The translations under genes and the position numbers were made by a program. The notes under the pieces are model-generated. The model searched no databases and was not told the DNA's origin. It saw only the letters and a program-made list of their open reading frames with translations. Positions 19,994-29,170 of a DNA stretch of 32,000 nucleotides are shown piece by piece (the stretch's first letter is position 1; every line of letters starts with the position of its first letter). Source of the DNA: Parasynechococcus marenigrum WH 8102 (GTDB taxonomy: Bacteria > Cyanobacteriota > Cyanobacteriia > PCC-6307 > Cyanobiaceae); assembly GCF_000195975.1 (NCBI RefSeq), contig NC_005070.1:1950001-1982000 (forward strand), in the 5' to 3' direction.

Positions 19994-20395
19994 ATGGCCA
20001 ACCACGACCCCATTTCCGACATGCTCACCCGCATTCGCAATGCGAGTGAAAAGCGTCACGAGACCACCAAGATCCCTGCATCCCGCATGACCCGCAGCAT
20101 CGCCAAGGTGCTGCAGCAGGAGGGCTTCATCTCCGAGATCAGCGAACAGGGCGAAGGCGTGCGCACCGAACTGGTGCTCTCCCTTAAGTACAGCGGCAAG
20201 CACCGGCTGCCCACCATCCGCTCCATGCAGCGGGTGAGCAAGCCAGGTCTGCGCATTTACAAGAACACCCGTGGCCTGCCCAAGGTCCTCGGCGGTCTTG
20301 GCGTTGCGATCATCTCCACCTCCAAGGGTGTGATGAGTGATCGCGATGCCCGCCGCGAGGGCGTCGGGGGCGAGGTGCTCTGTTACGTCTACTGA
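19994..20395 (+). CDS. rpsH: 30S ribosomal protein S8
   Basis: [13 protein letters not shown]... is a canonical S8. Confidence 0.99.
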   Translation: MANHDPISDMLTRIRNASEKRHETTKIPASRMTRSIAKVLQQEGFISEISEQGEGVRTELVLSLKYSGKHRLPTIRSMQRVSKPGLRIYKNTRGLPKVLGGLGVAIISTSKGVMSDRDARREGVGGEVLCYVY

Positions 20396-20409
20396 TCCGG
20401 AGCTCAACC

Positions 20410-20949
20410 ATGTCACGCATCGGCAAAAATCCTGTTCCTGTACCCGACAAGGTGACCGTCTCCCTCGACGGCCTCACCGTGAAGGTCAAGGGACCGAAGG
20501 GCGAACTGGAACGCACCCTTCCTGACGGCGTCAGCGTCAGCCAAGACAACAACTGCATCGTGGTGGCTCCATCCACCAGCAAGCGCTTCTCCCGCGAACG
20601 CCACGGCCTGTGCCGCACCCTCGTCGCCAACATGATCGAGGGCGTCAACAACGGCTACAGCAAGAGCCTCGAAATTGTGGGCGTGGGTTCGAGGGCCCAG
20701 GTCAAAGGCAAGACCCTGGTGGTCAGCGCCGGCTACAGCCACCCCGTTGAAATGGAGCCGCCTGAGGGCATCACCTTCAAGGTGGAAAACAACACCAAGG
20801 TGATCGTCTCCGGAATCGACAAGGAACTGGTGGGCAACGAGGCCGCCAAAGTCCGCGCCATTCGCCCGCCCGAGCCTTACAAGGGCAAGGGCATCAAGTA
20901 CGAGGGCGAGCGCATCATGCGCAAGGCGGGCAAGTCCGGCAAGAAATAA
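20410..20949 (+). CDS. rplF: 50S ribosomal protein L6
   Basis: [29 protein letters not shown] is L6. Confidence 0.99.
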   Translation: MSRIGKNPVPVPDKVTVSLDGLTVKVKGPKGELERTLPDGVSVSQDNNCIVVAPSTSKRFSRERHGLCRTLVANMIEGVNNGYSKSLEIVGVGSRAQVKGKTLVVSAGYSHPVEMEPPEGITFKVENNTKVIVSGIDKELVGNEAAKVRAIRPPEPYKGKGIKYEGERIMRKAGKSGKK

Positions 20950-20982
20950 GCCTTGTCCTGACGTTCCTCTCCCTTACCCACC

Positions 20983-21351
20983 ATGTCCAAACTGTCCCGC
21001 AAACAGCAGACGCAGAAACGCCACCGGCGCCTGCGTCGCCACCTCACCGGCACCTCCGACCGTCCGCGGCTGGCGGTGTTCCGCTCCAACAATCACATCT
21101 ACGCCCAGGTCATCGACGACGACGCTCAGAGCACCCTGTGCTCGGCTTCGACCGTCGACAAAGAGCTGCGTGCCGGCCTTGAGGCCAACGGCGGCAGCTG
21201 TGATGCATCCGTCGCCGTTGGCGAACTGGTCGCCAAGCGCGCCATCGCCAAGGGGATCCAAAGCGTGGTCTTCGACCGTGGCGGCAACCTGTACCACGGC
21301 CGGATCAAGGCCTTAGCCGATGCCGCCCGGGAAGCGGGCCTTCAGTTCTGA
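20983..21351 (+). CDS. rplR: 50S ribosomal protein L18
   Basis: [20 protein letters not shown]...VFDRGG..YHGR..ALA..ARE.GL.F is L18. Confidence 0.99.
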   Translation: MSKLSRKQQTQKRHRRLRRHLTGTSDRPRLAVFRSNNHIYAQVIDDDAQSTLCSASTVDKELRAGLEANGGSCDASVAVGELVAKRAIAKGIQSVVFDRGGNLYHGRIKALADAAREAGLQF

Positions 21352-21364
21352 TTCCTGCTTACCC

Positions 21365-22012
21365 ATGACAGATTCCTCTCCCCAGTCCAACCCCAACGCG
21401 GTGCCAGGCGCCGCCGATGTCCCCGCAGCCGCGGAGGGCCAGCAACAGGAACAGCGTCGCGGCGGTGGCCGTGGTGAACGTGGCGACCGCCGTGGCGGAC
21501 GCCGCGGTGATCGACGAAATCAGGAGCGCGACTCCGAATGGCAGGAGCGCGTGGTACAGATCCGCCGCGTCTCCAAGACCGTCAAGGGCGGCAAGAAGAT
21601 GAGCTTCCGGGCCATCGTCGTTGTCGGCAACGAGAAAGGCCAAGTCGGCGTCGGTGTCGGCAAGGCCGGTGATGTGATCGGTGCTGTCCGCAAGGGCGTC
21701 GCCGATGGCAAGAAGCACCTGGTCAAGGTGCCGCTAACCCGTCACAACTCGATCCCGACCCTCTCCAATGGCCGTGACGGTGCCGCCAGCGTGCTGATCC
21801 GTCCCGCCGCACCCGGTACCGGTGTGATTGCGGGCGGCTCGATCCGCACCGTGCTCGAGCTGGCCGGCATCAAGAATGTCCTGGCCAAGCGTCTGGGCAG
21901 CAAGACCCCCCTCAACAACGCCCGGGCTGCCATGGTGGCCCTGTCGCTTCTCCGCACCCACAAGGAGACGGCCAAGGAACGGGGAATCTCCCTCGAACAG
22001 ATCTACTCCTGA
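21365..22012 (+). CDS. rpsE: 30S ribosomal protein S5 (with RGG/RGD-rich N-terminal extension)
   Basis: Internal ATG at 21365. The core [27 protein letters not shown] is S5. It is preceded by about 55 low-complexity residues. Confidence 0.97.
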   Translation: MTDSSPQSNPNAVPGAADVPAAAEGQQQEQRRGGGRGERGDRRGGRRGDRRNQERDSEWQERVVQIRRVSKTVKGGKKMSFRAIVVVGNEKGQVGVGVGKAGDVIGAVRKGVADGKKHLVKVPLTRHNSIPTLSNGRDGAASVLIRPAAPGTGVIAGGSIRTVLELAGIKNVLAKRLGSKTPLNNARAAMVALSLLRTHKETAKERGISLEQIYS

Positions 22013-22018
22013 TTCGCG

Positions 22019-22477
22019 ATGACGACTCTCCGACTCGAATCCCTCAAAGCCAACAAGGGCGCCCGTCGCCGCAAATTGCGCAAGGGCCGCGGCATCGCCG
22101 CCGGCCAGGGCGCCAGCTGCGGCTTCGGCATGCGTGGCCAGAAATCCCGCTCTGGCCGTCCCACGCGCCCAGGTTTTGAGGGTGGCCAGATGCCGCTCTA
22201 CCGCCGGGTGCCGAAGCTCAAGCACTTCCCCCTGGTCAACCCCAAGCACTTCACGGTGCTCAACGTCTCGGCTCTCAACAGCCTCAAGGACGGCAGCACC
22301 GTGAACCTGGATTCCCTCGTCAAAGATGGGGTTGTCACCAGTCCGAAGCATCCCCTGAAGATTCTCGGCAACGGTGATCTGACCGCCAAGAAGCTGACGG
22401 TTCAGGCCGCTGCCTTCACTGCATCAGCCCGCACCAAAATCGAAGCCGCCGGCGGCAGCTGCGAAACCCTCGACTGA
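22019..22477 (+). CDS. rplO: 50S ribosomal protein L15
   Basis: [41 protein letters not shown] is L15. Confidence 0.99.
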   Translation: MTTLRLESLKANKGARRRKLRKGRGIAAGQGASCGFGMRGQKSRSGRPTRPGFEGGQMPLYRRVPKLKHFPLVNPKHFTVLNVSALNSLKDGSTVNLDSLVKDGVVTSPKHPLKILGNGDLTAKKLTVQAAAFTASARTKIEAAGGSCETLD

Positions 22478-22514
22478 TCCGGCCGGGTTCACCGTCCGTC
22501 AGCCCTAAGGTCTG

Positions 22515-22552
22515 AGCCGTCCGCTGGATGTCAATCCACGGGCGGCTTTTCT
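22515..22552 (+). terminator. Intrinsic-terminator/attenuator-like hairpin plus U-tract between rplO and secY
   Basis: AGCCGTCCG-C-TGGAT-gtca-ATCCA-CGGGCGGCT forms 14 bp in total, with one G-U pair and one bulged C. It is followed directly by TTTTCT and lies 29 nt upstream of the secY ATG. Confidence 0.6.
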
Positions 22553-22580
22553 GCATTCAGCCCACCCATTCCTCCTGTCC

Positions 22581-23906
22581 ATGCTCGTCAGTCGGGGCCG
22601 CAATCCCAACGCCGCCGAAGTCATCAGCCAGCTGATCGGCAACTCGGGCCTGCGCAATCGAGTGCTCACCACCCTGAGCCTGTTGCTTCTGGTGCGTCTC
22701 GGCATCTACATCCCCATCCCAGGGATCGACCGCGAGGCCTTTGCCAGCTTCATCGAGCAGGGCGGCTCCCTGCTGGGTTTCCTCGACATCTTCACCGGCG
22801 GGGGCATCTCGACCCTCGGCGTGTTCGCGCTTGGAATCCTGCCGTTCATCAACGCCTCGATCATCCTGCAGCTCCTGACGGCATCCCTGCCACAGCTGGA
22901 GGATCTGCAGAAGAACGAGGGGGAAGCCGGTCGGCGCAAGATTGCCCAGATCACGCGCTACGTCGCCCTGGGCTGGGGCCTGATCCAAAGCGTCGTCTTC
23001 GCCATGATCCTGCGCCAGTACGCCCTGGAAGGGATCAGCGAGGTGGTGTTCGTGGTCCAGACCGCGCTGTGTCTGGTCACCGGATCAATGGTGGTGATGT
23101 GGCTGAGCGAGGTGATCACCGAACGGGGCATCGGCCAGGGGGCATCGCTGGTGATCTTCCTGAACATTGTGGGAACGCTGCCCCGCACCCTTGGCGCCAC
23201 GATCGAGGCGGCCCAGACCGGTGACCGCAACACCGTTCTGGGCATCGTCGTTCTGGTGCTGGTCTTCCTCGTCACCATCGTCGGCATCATCTTTGTGCAG
23301 GAGGGTGCACGGCGCATCCCCATCGTCAGTGCCAAACGTCAGGTCGGGGGTGCCGGTGTCGGGGTTCTGCCCACCCGTCAGAGCTATCTGCCGTTGAAGC
23401 TCAATGCCGGCGGCGTCATGCCGATCATTTTCGCTTCAGCGGTGATCTTCCTCCCGGTCACGATTGCCAACTTCACCAATAACGAGTGGTTGATCCGGGG
23501 AGCCAGCCTGCTGAATCCTGGCGCCGCCAACCCATGGCCCTATGCCCTGGCCTTCTTTGCTCTGATCCTCGGATTCGCCTACTTCTACGCATCACTGACC
23601 GTGAACCCAACCGATATCGCCTCCAATTTGAAAAAGGGCGGCGTTGCGATCCCGGGGGTGCGTCCTGGCAGTGCCACCGCCACCTATCTCTCCGGAGTTC
23701 AGAACCGGCTCACCCTCCTGGGCGGCCTGTTCTTGGGAAGCGTCGCGATCATCCCCGCAGCGGTGGAGCGCGCCACCAATGTGCAGACCTTCCAGGGCCT
23801 GGGTGCCACCTCACTGCTGATCCTTGTGGGTGTGGCCATCGACACAGCCAAACAGGTGCAGACCTACGTGATCTCCCAGCGCTACGAAGGCCTGGTGCGT
23901 CAGTGA
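22581..23906 (+). CDS. secY: Preprotein translocase subunit SecY
   Basis: 441 aa, multi-pass membrane protein. LGIYIPIPGID and GISTLGVFALGILPFINASIILQLL are SecY signatures. Confidence 0.99.
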   Translation: MLVSRGRNPNAAEVISQLIGNSGLRNRVLTTLSLLLLVRLGIYIPIPGIDREAFASFIEQGGSLLGFLDIFTGGGISTLGVFALGILPFINASIILQLLTASLPQLEDLQKNEGEAGRRKIAQITRYVALGWGLIQSVVFAMILRQYALEGISEVVFVVQTALCLVTGSMVVMWLSEVITERGIGQGASLVIFLNIVGTLPRTLGATIEAAQTGDRNTVLGIVVLVLVFLVTIVGIIFVQEGARRIPIVSAKRQVGGAGVGVLPTRQSYLPLKLNAGGVMPIIFASAVIFLPVTIANFTNNEWLIRGASLLNPGAANPWPYALAFFALILGFAYFYASLTVNPTDIASNLKKGGVAIPGVRPGSATATYLSGVQNRLTLLGGLFLGSVAIIPAAVERATNVQTFQGLGATSLLILVGVAIDTAKQVQTYVISQRYEGLVRQ

Positions 23907-23910
23907 TCAA

Positions 23911-23940
23911 CAGCGGCAGCAAGCCCCTGTTTCCTTTTTT
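23911..23940 (+). terminator. Intrinsic-terminator-like hairpin plus U-tract after secY
   Basis: CAGCGGC-agcaa-GCCCCTG forms a 7-position stem with one central C-C mismatch. It is followed by TTTCCTTTTTTG, starts 5 nt after the secY stop, and sits 22 nt before the adk ATG. Confidence 0.5.
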
Positions 23941-23961
23941 GTTCTCCATCCGCACACACCA

Positions 23962-24513
23962 ATGAAATCCCGTCTCCTCTTCCTTGGCCCCCCTGGAGCA
24001 GGAAAGGGCACCCAGGCAGCGCGCCTGTGCAACGCCAACGGCATGAGCCACCTCTCCACCGGTGATTTGTTGCGATCTGAAGTCGCAGCCGGCACAGCCC
24101 TGGGCCAGGAGGCCGAAGCAGTGATGAACCGTGGGGAACTGGTCAGCGATGCCCTGGTGCTGGCGATCGTGGAAAGCCAGTTGAAGGGATTGTCCAGCGG
24201 AGGTTGGCTCCTGGACGGGTTTCCCCGCACCGTCCCCCAGGCTGACGCCCTTGAACCGCTGCTCGACGAACTCAAGCAACCGATCGAAGCCGTTGTGTTG
24301 CTAGAGCTGGACGATGCCGTGCTGATCGAGCGTCTGCTCGCCCGTGGCCGCGACGACGACAATGAAGCGGTCATCCGCAATCGTCTGGAGGTCTACCGGG
24401 AGAAGACCTCACCCCTGATCAGCTTCTATCGTGACAAAGGCCTGCTGGTGTCGGTGGAAGCGAACGGCTCCGTGGAGGAGATCACTCAGCGGATTACCAA
24501 GGTCCTGAGTTGA
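23962..24513 (+). CDS. adk: Adenylate kinase
   Basis: [16 protein letters not shown]-loop and GFPRT motif, 183 aa. It is the short form without the Cys4 zinc lid. Confidence 0.98.
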   Translation: MKSRLLFLGPPGAGKGTQAARLCNANGMSHLSTGDLLRSEVAAGTALGQEAEAVMNRGELVSDALVLAIVESQLKGLSSGGWLLDGFPRTVPQADALEPLLDELKQPIEAVVLLELDDAVLIERLLARGRDDDNEAVIRNRLEVYREKTSPLISFYRDKGLLVSVEANGSVEEITQRITKVLS

Positions 24514-24559
24514 CCGGCGTGGTAGGGTTGCCGTTTGGAAATTTGGAGAGCCACGCCTC

Positions 24560-24673
24560 ATGAAGGTGCGCGCTTCAGTCAAGAAAATGTGCGACAAGTG
24601 CCGGGTGATCCGTCGCCACGGCCGGGTCATGGTGATCTGCACCAACCCGAAGCACAAGCAGCGCCAGGGCTGA
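24560..24673 (+). CDS. rpmJ: 50S ribosomal protein L36
   Basis: Not in the supplied ORF track (37 aa). Hand translation gives [43 protein letters not shown] lies 9 nt upstream. Confidence 0.97.
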   Translation: MKVRASVKKMCDKCRVIRRHGRVMVICTNPKHKQRQG

Positions 24674-24742
24674 CATCCAGCCCACGTCAGACCTGAGCGG
24701 ATCTTCGAATCCCTGCTTCCGGCCTGCACAGCAACATTCACC

Positions 24743-24762
24743 GCCTCCACAGCAATGGAGGC
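24743..24762 (+). other. GC-rich hairpin in the unusually long rpmJ-rpsM spacer
   Basis: GCCTCCA-cagcaa-TGGAGGC is a perfect 7-bp stem inside a 114-nt non-coding gap (24674-24787). Confidence 0.5.
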
Positions 24763-24787
24763 CATTGTCCCTCTCATTTGAATCTTC

Positions 24788-25153
24788 GTGGCACGGATCG
24801 CCGGCGTTGACATTCCCCGCGACAAGCGGGTTGAAGTGTCCCTCACCTACATCTATGGAGTCGGCCCGACCCGGGCTCGCACCATCCTGGCTCAGACCGG
24901 TGTGAGCCCCGACATCCGGGTCAAGGATCTGGAGGATGGTGACCTTCAGAAACTGCGCAACGCCGCCGACGATTTCACCCTCGAGGGCGATCTGCGCCGA
25001 CAGGAAGGCATGGCCCTGAAGCGCCTGCAAGACATCGGCTGCGTGCGCGGACGTCGTCATCGCATGAGCTTGCCCGTCCGTGGCCAGCGCACACGGACCA
25101 ATGCCCGTACCCGTCGGGGCGCGCGCAAAACCGTGGCCGGCAAGAAGAAGTAA
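24788..25153 (+). CDS. rpsM: 30S ribosomal protein S13
   Basis: GTG start. [25 protein letters not shown] is a canonical S13. Confidence 0.98.
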   Translation: MARIAGVDIPRDKRVEVSLTYIYGVGPTRARTILAQTGVSPDIRVKDLEDGDLQKLRNAADDFTLEGDLRRQEGMALKRLQDIGCVRGRRHRMSLPVRGQRTRTNARTRRGARKTVAGKKK

Positions 25154-25189
25154 GCCCCCCCTCGTCCTTTACACGACCGTTCCCGGCCC

Positions 25190-25582
25190 ATGGCCAAACC
25201 CGCCAAGAAAACAGGCCCCAAGAAGGCCAAACGCAACGTCCCGAACGGCGTTGCCCACATCCAGAGCACCTTCAACAACACGATCGTGTCGATCACCGAC
25301 ACGTCTGGCGAAGTCATCTCCTGGTCATCCGCTGGTGCCAGCGGCTTCAAGGGTGCTCGCAAAGGCACGCCCTTCGCTGCCCAGACGGCTGCAGAAGCAG
25401 CGGCACGTCGAGCACTTGATCAAGGCATGCGCCAGATCGAAGTGCTGGTGAAGGGTCCTGGATCCGGTCGTGAGACCGCAATTCGTGCCTTGCAGGTGGC
25501 TGGTCTTGAGATCACCCTGATCAGAGACGTCACTCCGCTGCCCCACAACGGTTGCCGGCGGCCCAAGCGCCGTCGCGTCTGA
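25190..25582 (+). CDS. rpsK: 30S ribosomal protein S11
   Basis: [25 protein letters not shown] is S11. Confidence 0.99.
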   Translation: MAKPAKKTGPKKAKRNVPNGVAHIQSTFNNTIVSITDTSGEVISWSSAGASGFKGARKGTPFAAQTAAEAAARRALDQGMRQIEVLVKGPGSGRETAIRALQVAGLEITLIRDVTPLPHNGCRRPKRRRV

Positions 25583-25626
25583 ATCGCATCATTTCCCGGT
25601 TTACGCCCCTTACCCCGCATCAGACA

Positions 25627-26565
25627 GTGCTGCAATACCAGATTGACCGCATCGAGCATCAGGTGGAAGAGGATCGCTCCCAGAGTGGAGTGTTCCTCAT
25701 CGGTCCCCTTGAGCGGGGTCAGGCGACCACCCTGGGCAACGCCCTGCGACGCGTCCTCATGGGCGGCCTCGAAGGCAGTGCCGTCACCGCCATTCGGATC
25801 GCTGGTGTCAACCACGAGTACGCCACTGTCCCCGGTGTGCGTGAGGACGTTCTCGACATCCTTCTGAACTGTAAGGAGCTCTCCGTAAACAGCCGGTCGC
25901 CTGAGCTCGAGATCGGTCGTCTTGTTGTGGCTGGTCCCGCTGAGGTGACCGCCAAAGACCTGCAGTTCTCCTCCCAGGTTGAGGTGGTAGACGGCAATCG
26001 TTCCATCGCCACCGTGGCCGATGGTTACAGCCTCGAGCTTGAGGTCCACGTGGAACGCGGCGTGGGTTACCGACCTGTGGATCGCCACAGCGAGGACACC
26101 AGCGCCATCGACCTGCTTCAGATCGATGCGGTGTTCATGCCGGTGATCCGGGTGAATTTCACCATCGATGAAACCGCCGTCGCCGAGGGGGGATCCGCCC
26201 GAGAGCGTCTGCGAATGGAGATCGTCACCGACGGCTCCATCACCCCCGATGACGCTCTGGCTCAATCAGCCAACTATCTGATTGAGTTGTTCCAACCTCT
26301 CGCCACGGTGACCCTCGTGGAGGAGCCGGGGATCGAACCCGAGCCCTCTGCAGAAGCCCAGATCCCGCTGGAGGAACTCAACCTTTCCGTGCGGGCTTAC
26401 AACTGCCTCAAGCGTGCCCAGGTCAACTCCGTGTCCGACCTGATGGGTTTCAGCTACGAGGATCTGCTGGAGATCAAGAACTTCGGTTCCAAATCAGCCG
26501 ACGAAGTGATCGAAGCCCTCGAACGCATCGGTATCTCCATCCCCCAGAGCCGCACCTCTGCCTGA
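25627..26565 (+). CDS. rpoA: DNA-directed RNA polymerase subunit alpha
   Basis: (V)LQYQIDRIE...[20 protein letters not shown] plus the C-terminal domain [14 protein letters not shown]. The GTG at 25627 was chosen because cyanobacterial RpoA begins MLQYQ. The longer ORF start at 25552 overlaps rpsK. Confidence 0.95.
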   Translation: MLQYQIDRIEHQVEEDRSQSGVFLIGPLERGQATTLGNALRRVLMGGLEGSAVTAIRIAGVNHEYATVPGVREDVLDILLNCKELSVNSRSPELEIGRLVVAGPAEVTAKDLQFSSQVEVVDGNRSIATVADGYSLELEVHVERGVGYRPVDRHSEDTSAIDLLQIDAVFMPVIRVNFTIDETAVAEGGSARERLRMEIVTDGSITPDDALAQSANYLIELFQPLATVTLVEEPGIEPEPSAEAQIPLEELNLSVRAYNCLKRAQVNSVSDLMGFSYEDLLEIKNFGSKSADEVIEALERIGISIPQSRTSA

Positions 26566-26612
26566 GATCGGCCTGCCTGACAACTTTCCCGACATCCGTC
26601 TCCGACAGAACC

Positions 26613-26963
26613 ATGCGTCACCAATGCCGAGTACCCCAGCTGGGTCGCCCCGCTGACCAGCGCAAGGCGATGCTGCGCGCACTGACAACCCAGCTGATCC
26701 GCGAAGGTCGGGTGACCACCACCAAGGCCCGTGCCAAGGCCCTGCGTGACGAGGCCGAGCGGATGATCACCCTCGCCAAAGACGGCAGCCTCGCGTCCCG
26801 TCGTCGCGCCCTTGGCTACATCTACGACAAGCAGTTGGTGCACGCTCTGTTCGACAAGGCCCCCGACCGCTACAGCGACCGCAAGGGTGGTTACACCCGC
26901 ATCACCCGCACCGTCCCCCGTCGTGGTGACAATGCCGAGATGGCGATCATCGAACTGGTCTGA
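26613..26963 (+). CDS. rplQ: 50S ribosomal protein L17
   Basis: [37 protein letters not shown] is L17. Confidence 0.99.
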   Translation: MRHQCRVPQLGRPADQRKAMLRALTTQLIREGRVTTTKARAKALRDEAERMITLAKDGSLASRRRALGYIYDKQLVHALFDKAPDRYSDRKGGYTRITRTVPRRGDNAEMAIIELV

Positions 26964-26991
26964 TTTCTGCCCCCTGCGTCAAATCTGACGT

Positions 26992-27891
26992 TTGAGCTCC
27001 GAACCCTCTTCTGCAGCCCCTGAGTCCACGATCCCCCGCCGGATCGCCCTCAGCCTGCAGTACGAGGGTTCCGCCTTTTGCGGCTGGCAGCGTCAACGCA
27101 ACGGCAACAGTGTGCAGGCCCAGCTAGAGGCGGCGATCGAGCAGCTGGATCCATACCGCCCGATCCAGACCTTCGCCGCGGGACGAACCGATACCGGCGT
27201 CCATGCTGCTGGCCAGGTGGTGCATTTCGACTGTGGGGACAGGATCCCCCCTGCCAAATGGGCACCGGCCCTGAACGGACGGCTGCCATTCACGATCCGG
27301 GTAAGGGAGTCAGTGCTGCGGCCCAAGGATTGGCATGCCTGCTATTCGGCCACCTACCGGCGCTATCGCTACACCATTCACAACGGGCGGCGACCCAACC
27401 TGTTCCTCGCCCCATGGAGCTGGCACCGCTACCAACTCCGATTGGATGAGTCCCGCATGCGGGATGCCCTCAACGGCATGCTGGGTCTTCACGACTTCAG
27501 TGCTTTCATGCGGGCTGGAAGTCGTCGGGCCCATGCCAGAACCACCGTTCAGGAGGTGGACTTAGTGCGCCAGGGCGACATGGTGCGGGTTGAGATCCAG
27601 GCCAGTGGTTTCCTTTACGGCATGGTTCGCCTGCTGATAGCTCAGCTGGTGGCGGTGGGCGAGCACCGTCTATCCGTCCAGGATTTCGAGCAGCGCTGGC
27701 GTCAACGCCGGCGCCACGAGGTCCGGGAAGCAGCTCCAGGCCATGGGCTATGCCTGCTCAGAGCTGGTTATGAGCAAGAAATCTTCACCAGAGCTGGCTG
27801 GTACGATTGTCAACCGTGGTTTTTTCTGGCGGAGAGTGATCCACCACCGGATCCTCCGCCTCTGCCGGAAGCAAGCGGATCTGAACTCTGA
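26992..27891 (+). CDS. truA: tRNA pseudouridine(38-40) synthase TruA
   Basis: [19 protein letters not shown] and [18 protein letters not shown] (catalytic Asp motif). The apparent start is TTG at 26992; there is no in-frame ATG or GTG before the conserved core. Confidence 0.93.
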   Translation: MSSEPSSAAPESTIPRRIALSLQYEGSAFCGWQRQRNGNSVQAQLEAAIEQLDPYRPIQTFAAGRTDTGVHAAGQVVHFDCGDRIPPAKWAPALNGRLPFTIRVRESVLRPKDWHACYSATYRRYRYTIHNGRRPNLFLAPWSWHRYQLRLDESRMRDALNGMLGLHDFSAFMRAGSRRAHARTTVQEVDLVRQGDMVRVEIQASGFLYGMVRLLIAQLVAVGEHRLSVQDFEQRWRQRRRHEVREAAPGHGLCLLRAGYEQEIFTRAGWYDCQPWFFLAESDPPPDPPPLPEASGSEL

Positions 27892-28034
27892 AGACCGCTC
27901 TTCTCATTAGAAAAAGGGTCCGTCAAAGAGTAAGCTCGATCTTTGAGCTCCCGTCAGGTCCTTCTCTGGACCAGACCATCCCTGACCAGCTTCGCCATCT
28001 CGGCTGAGCAATTCCGAACCGGCATGCCGGCGCG

Positions 28035-28487
28035 ATGAACAAGACCTCCCTTCCTCAGATTGATTCTCTCGAACGCCAGTGGTATCTGGTGGACGCTGAG
28101 AACAAGACCCTCGGTCGCCTGGCCACCGAGGTTGCCGCCGTTCTGCGCGGCAAGAACAACCCGAGCTTCACTCCCCATTTGGACACCGGCGATTTCGTCG
28201 TGGTAGTGAATGCCGAGAAGATCCGGGTGAGTGGCAGCAAGCCCACTCAGAAGCTGTATCGCCGTCACTCCGGGCGTCCCGGCGGCATGAAGACCGAAAC
28301 CTTCGAGGCGCTGCAGGACCGCATTCCCGAGCGAATCGTTGAAAAAGCGATCAAGGGCATGCTTCCCCACAACGCCCTGGGCCGTCAGATGTTCCGCAAG
28401 CTCAAGGTGTACAAGGGCAGCGAGCATCCCCATGCCGCCCAGAAGCCTCAGCCTCTTCAGCTCAACCCCTCTGCATCCGCCCAATGA
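28035..28487 (+). CDS. rplM: 50S ribosomal protein L13
   Basis: [30 protein letters not shown] is a canonical L13. Confidence 0.99.
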
Positions 28488-28885
28488 GCAGCAATTCCGT
28501 CGTCTACTGGGGCACTGGTCGCCGCAAGACATCCGTCGCCCGTGTGCGCCTCGTCCCCGGCAACGGCACGATCACCATCAATGGTCGTCCCGGTGACAAC
28601 TATTTGAACTACAACCCCGCCTACATCGCAGCGGTGAAAGCTCCCCTCGAGACCCTTGGTCTCGGTACGGAATACGACATCCTGGTGAATGTCCACGGAG
28701 GCGGGCTCACCGGTCAGTCCGGTGCCATCAAGCAAGGTGCGGCCCGTGCTCTCTGTGAGTTGTCAGCTGACAACCGCAAGCCCCTCAAGACCGAAGGCCA
28801 CCTGAGCCGCGACCCGCGTGCCAAGGAACGCCGCAAGTACGGTCTCAAGAAAGCTCGTAAGGCTCCTCAGTTCTCCAAGCGCTGA
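28484..28885 (+). CDS. rpsI: 30S ribosomal protein S9
   Basis: [20 protein letters not shown]...[25 protein letters not shown] is S9. It has an ATGA overlap with rplM. Confidence 0.99.
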
Positions 28886-28895
28886 TTTTCATCCC

Positions 28896-29156
28896 ATGCC
28901 CAAGCCCGATATCCACCCCACCTGGTATCCCGACGCCAAGGTGATCTGCAATGGCGAAGTCGTGATGACCACCGGCTCCACCCAGCCGGAGATTCACGTC
29001 GACGTCTGGAGTGGCAACCACCCCTTCTTCACAGGAACCCAGAAGATTCTCGACACCGAGGGTCGCGTCGATCGCTTCATGAAGAAGTACGGCATGGGCC
29101 AGAAGAAATCCGGCGACAAAGCCAAGGCTGAGGCCAAGGCGGACGCCAAATCCTGA
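28896..29156 (+). CDS. rpmE: 50S ribosomal protein L31 (Cys-poor, apparently non-zinc form)
   Basis: Internal ATG at 28896. [11 protein letters not shown]...GNHPFFTG is L31. Only one Cys is present in place of the CxxC pairs, and there is a Lys/Ala-rich C-terminal tail. Confidence 0.96.
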   Translation: MPKPDIHPTWYPDAKVICNGEVVMTTGSTQPEIHVDVWSGNHPFFTGTQKILDTEGRVDRFMKKYGMGQKKSGDKAKAEAKADAKS

Positions 29157-29170
29157 CGTCAGCGCGGGGC

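Noticed and set aside
26977-26993. CGTCA-aatc-TGACG hairpin followed by TTTG between rplQ and truA, as a possible terminator.
   Set aside because: It is only a 5-bp AT-containing stem with a 3-T tract that is itself part of the truA TTG start. This is too weak to call.
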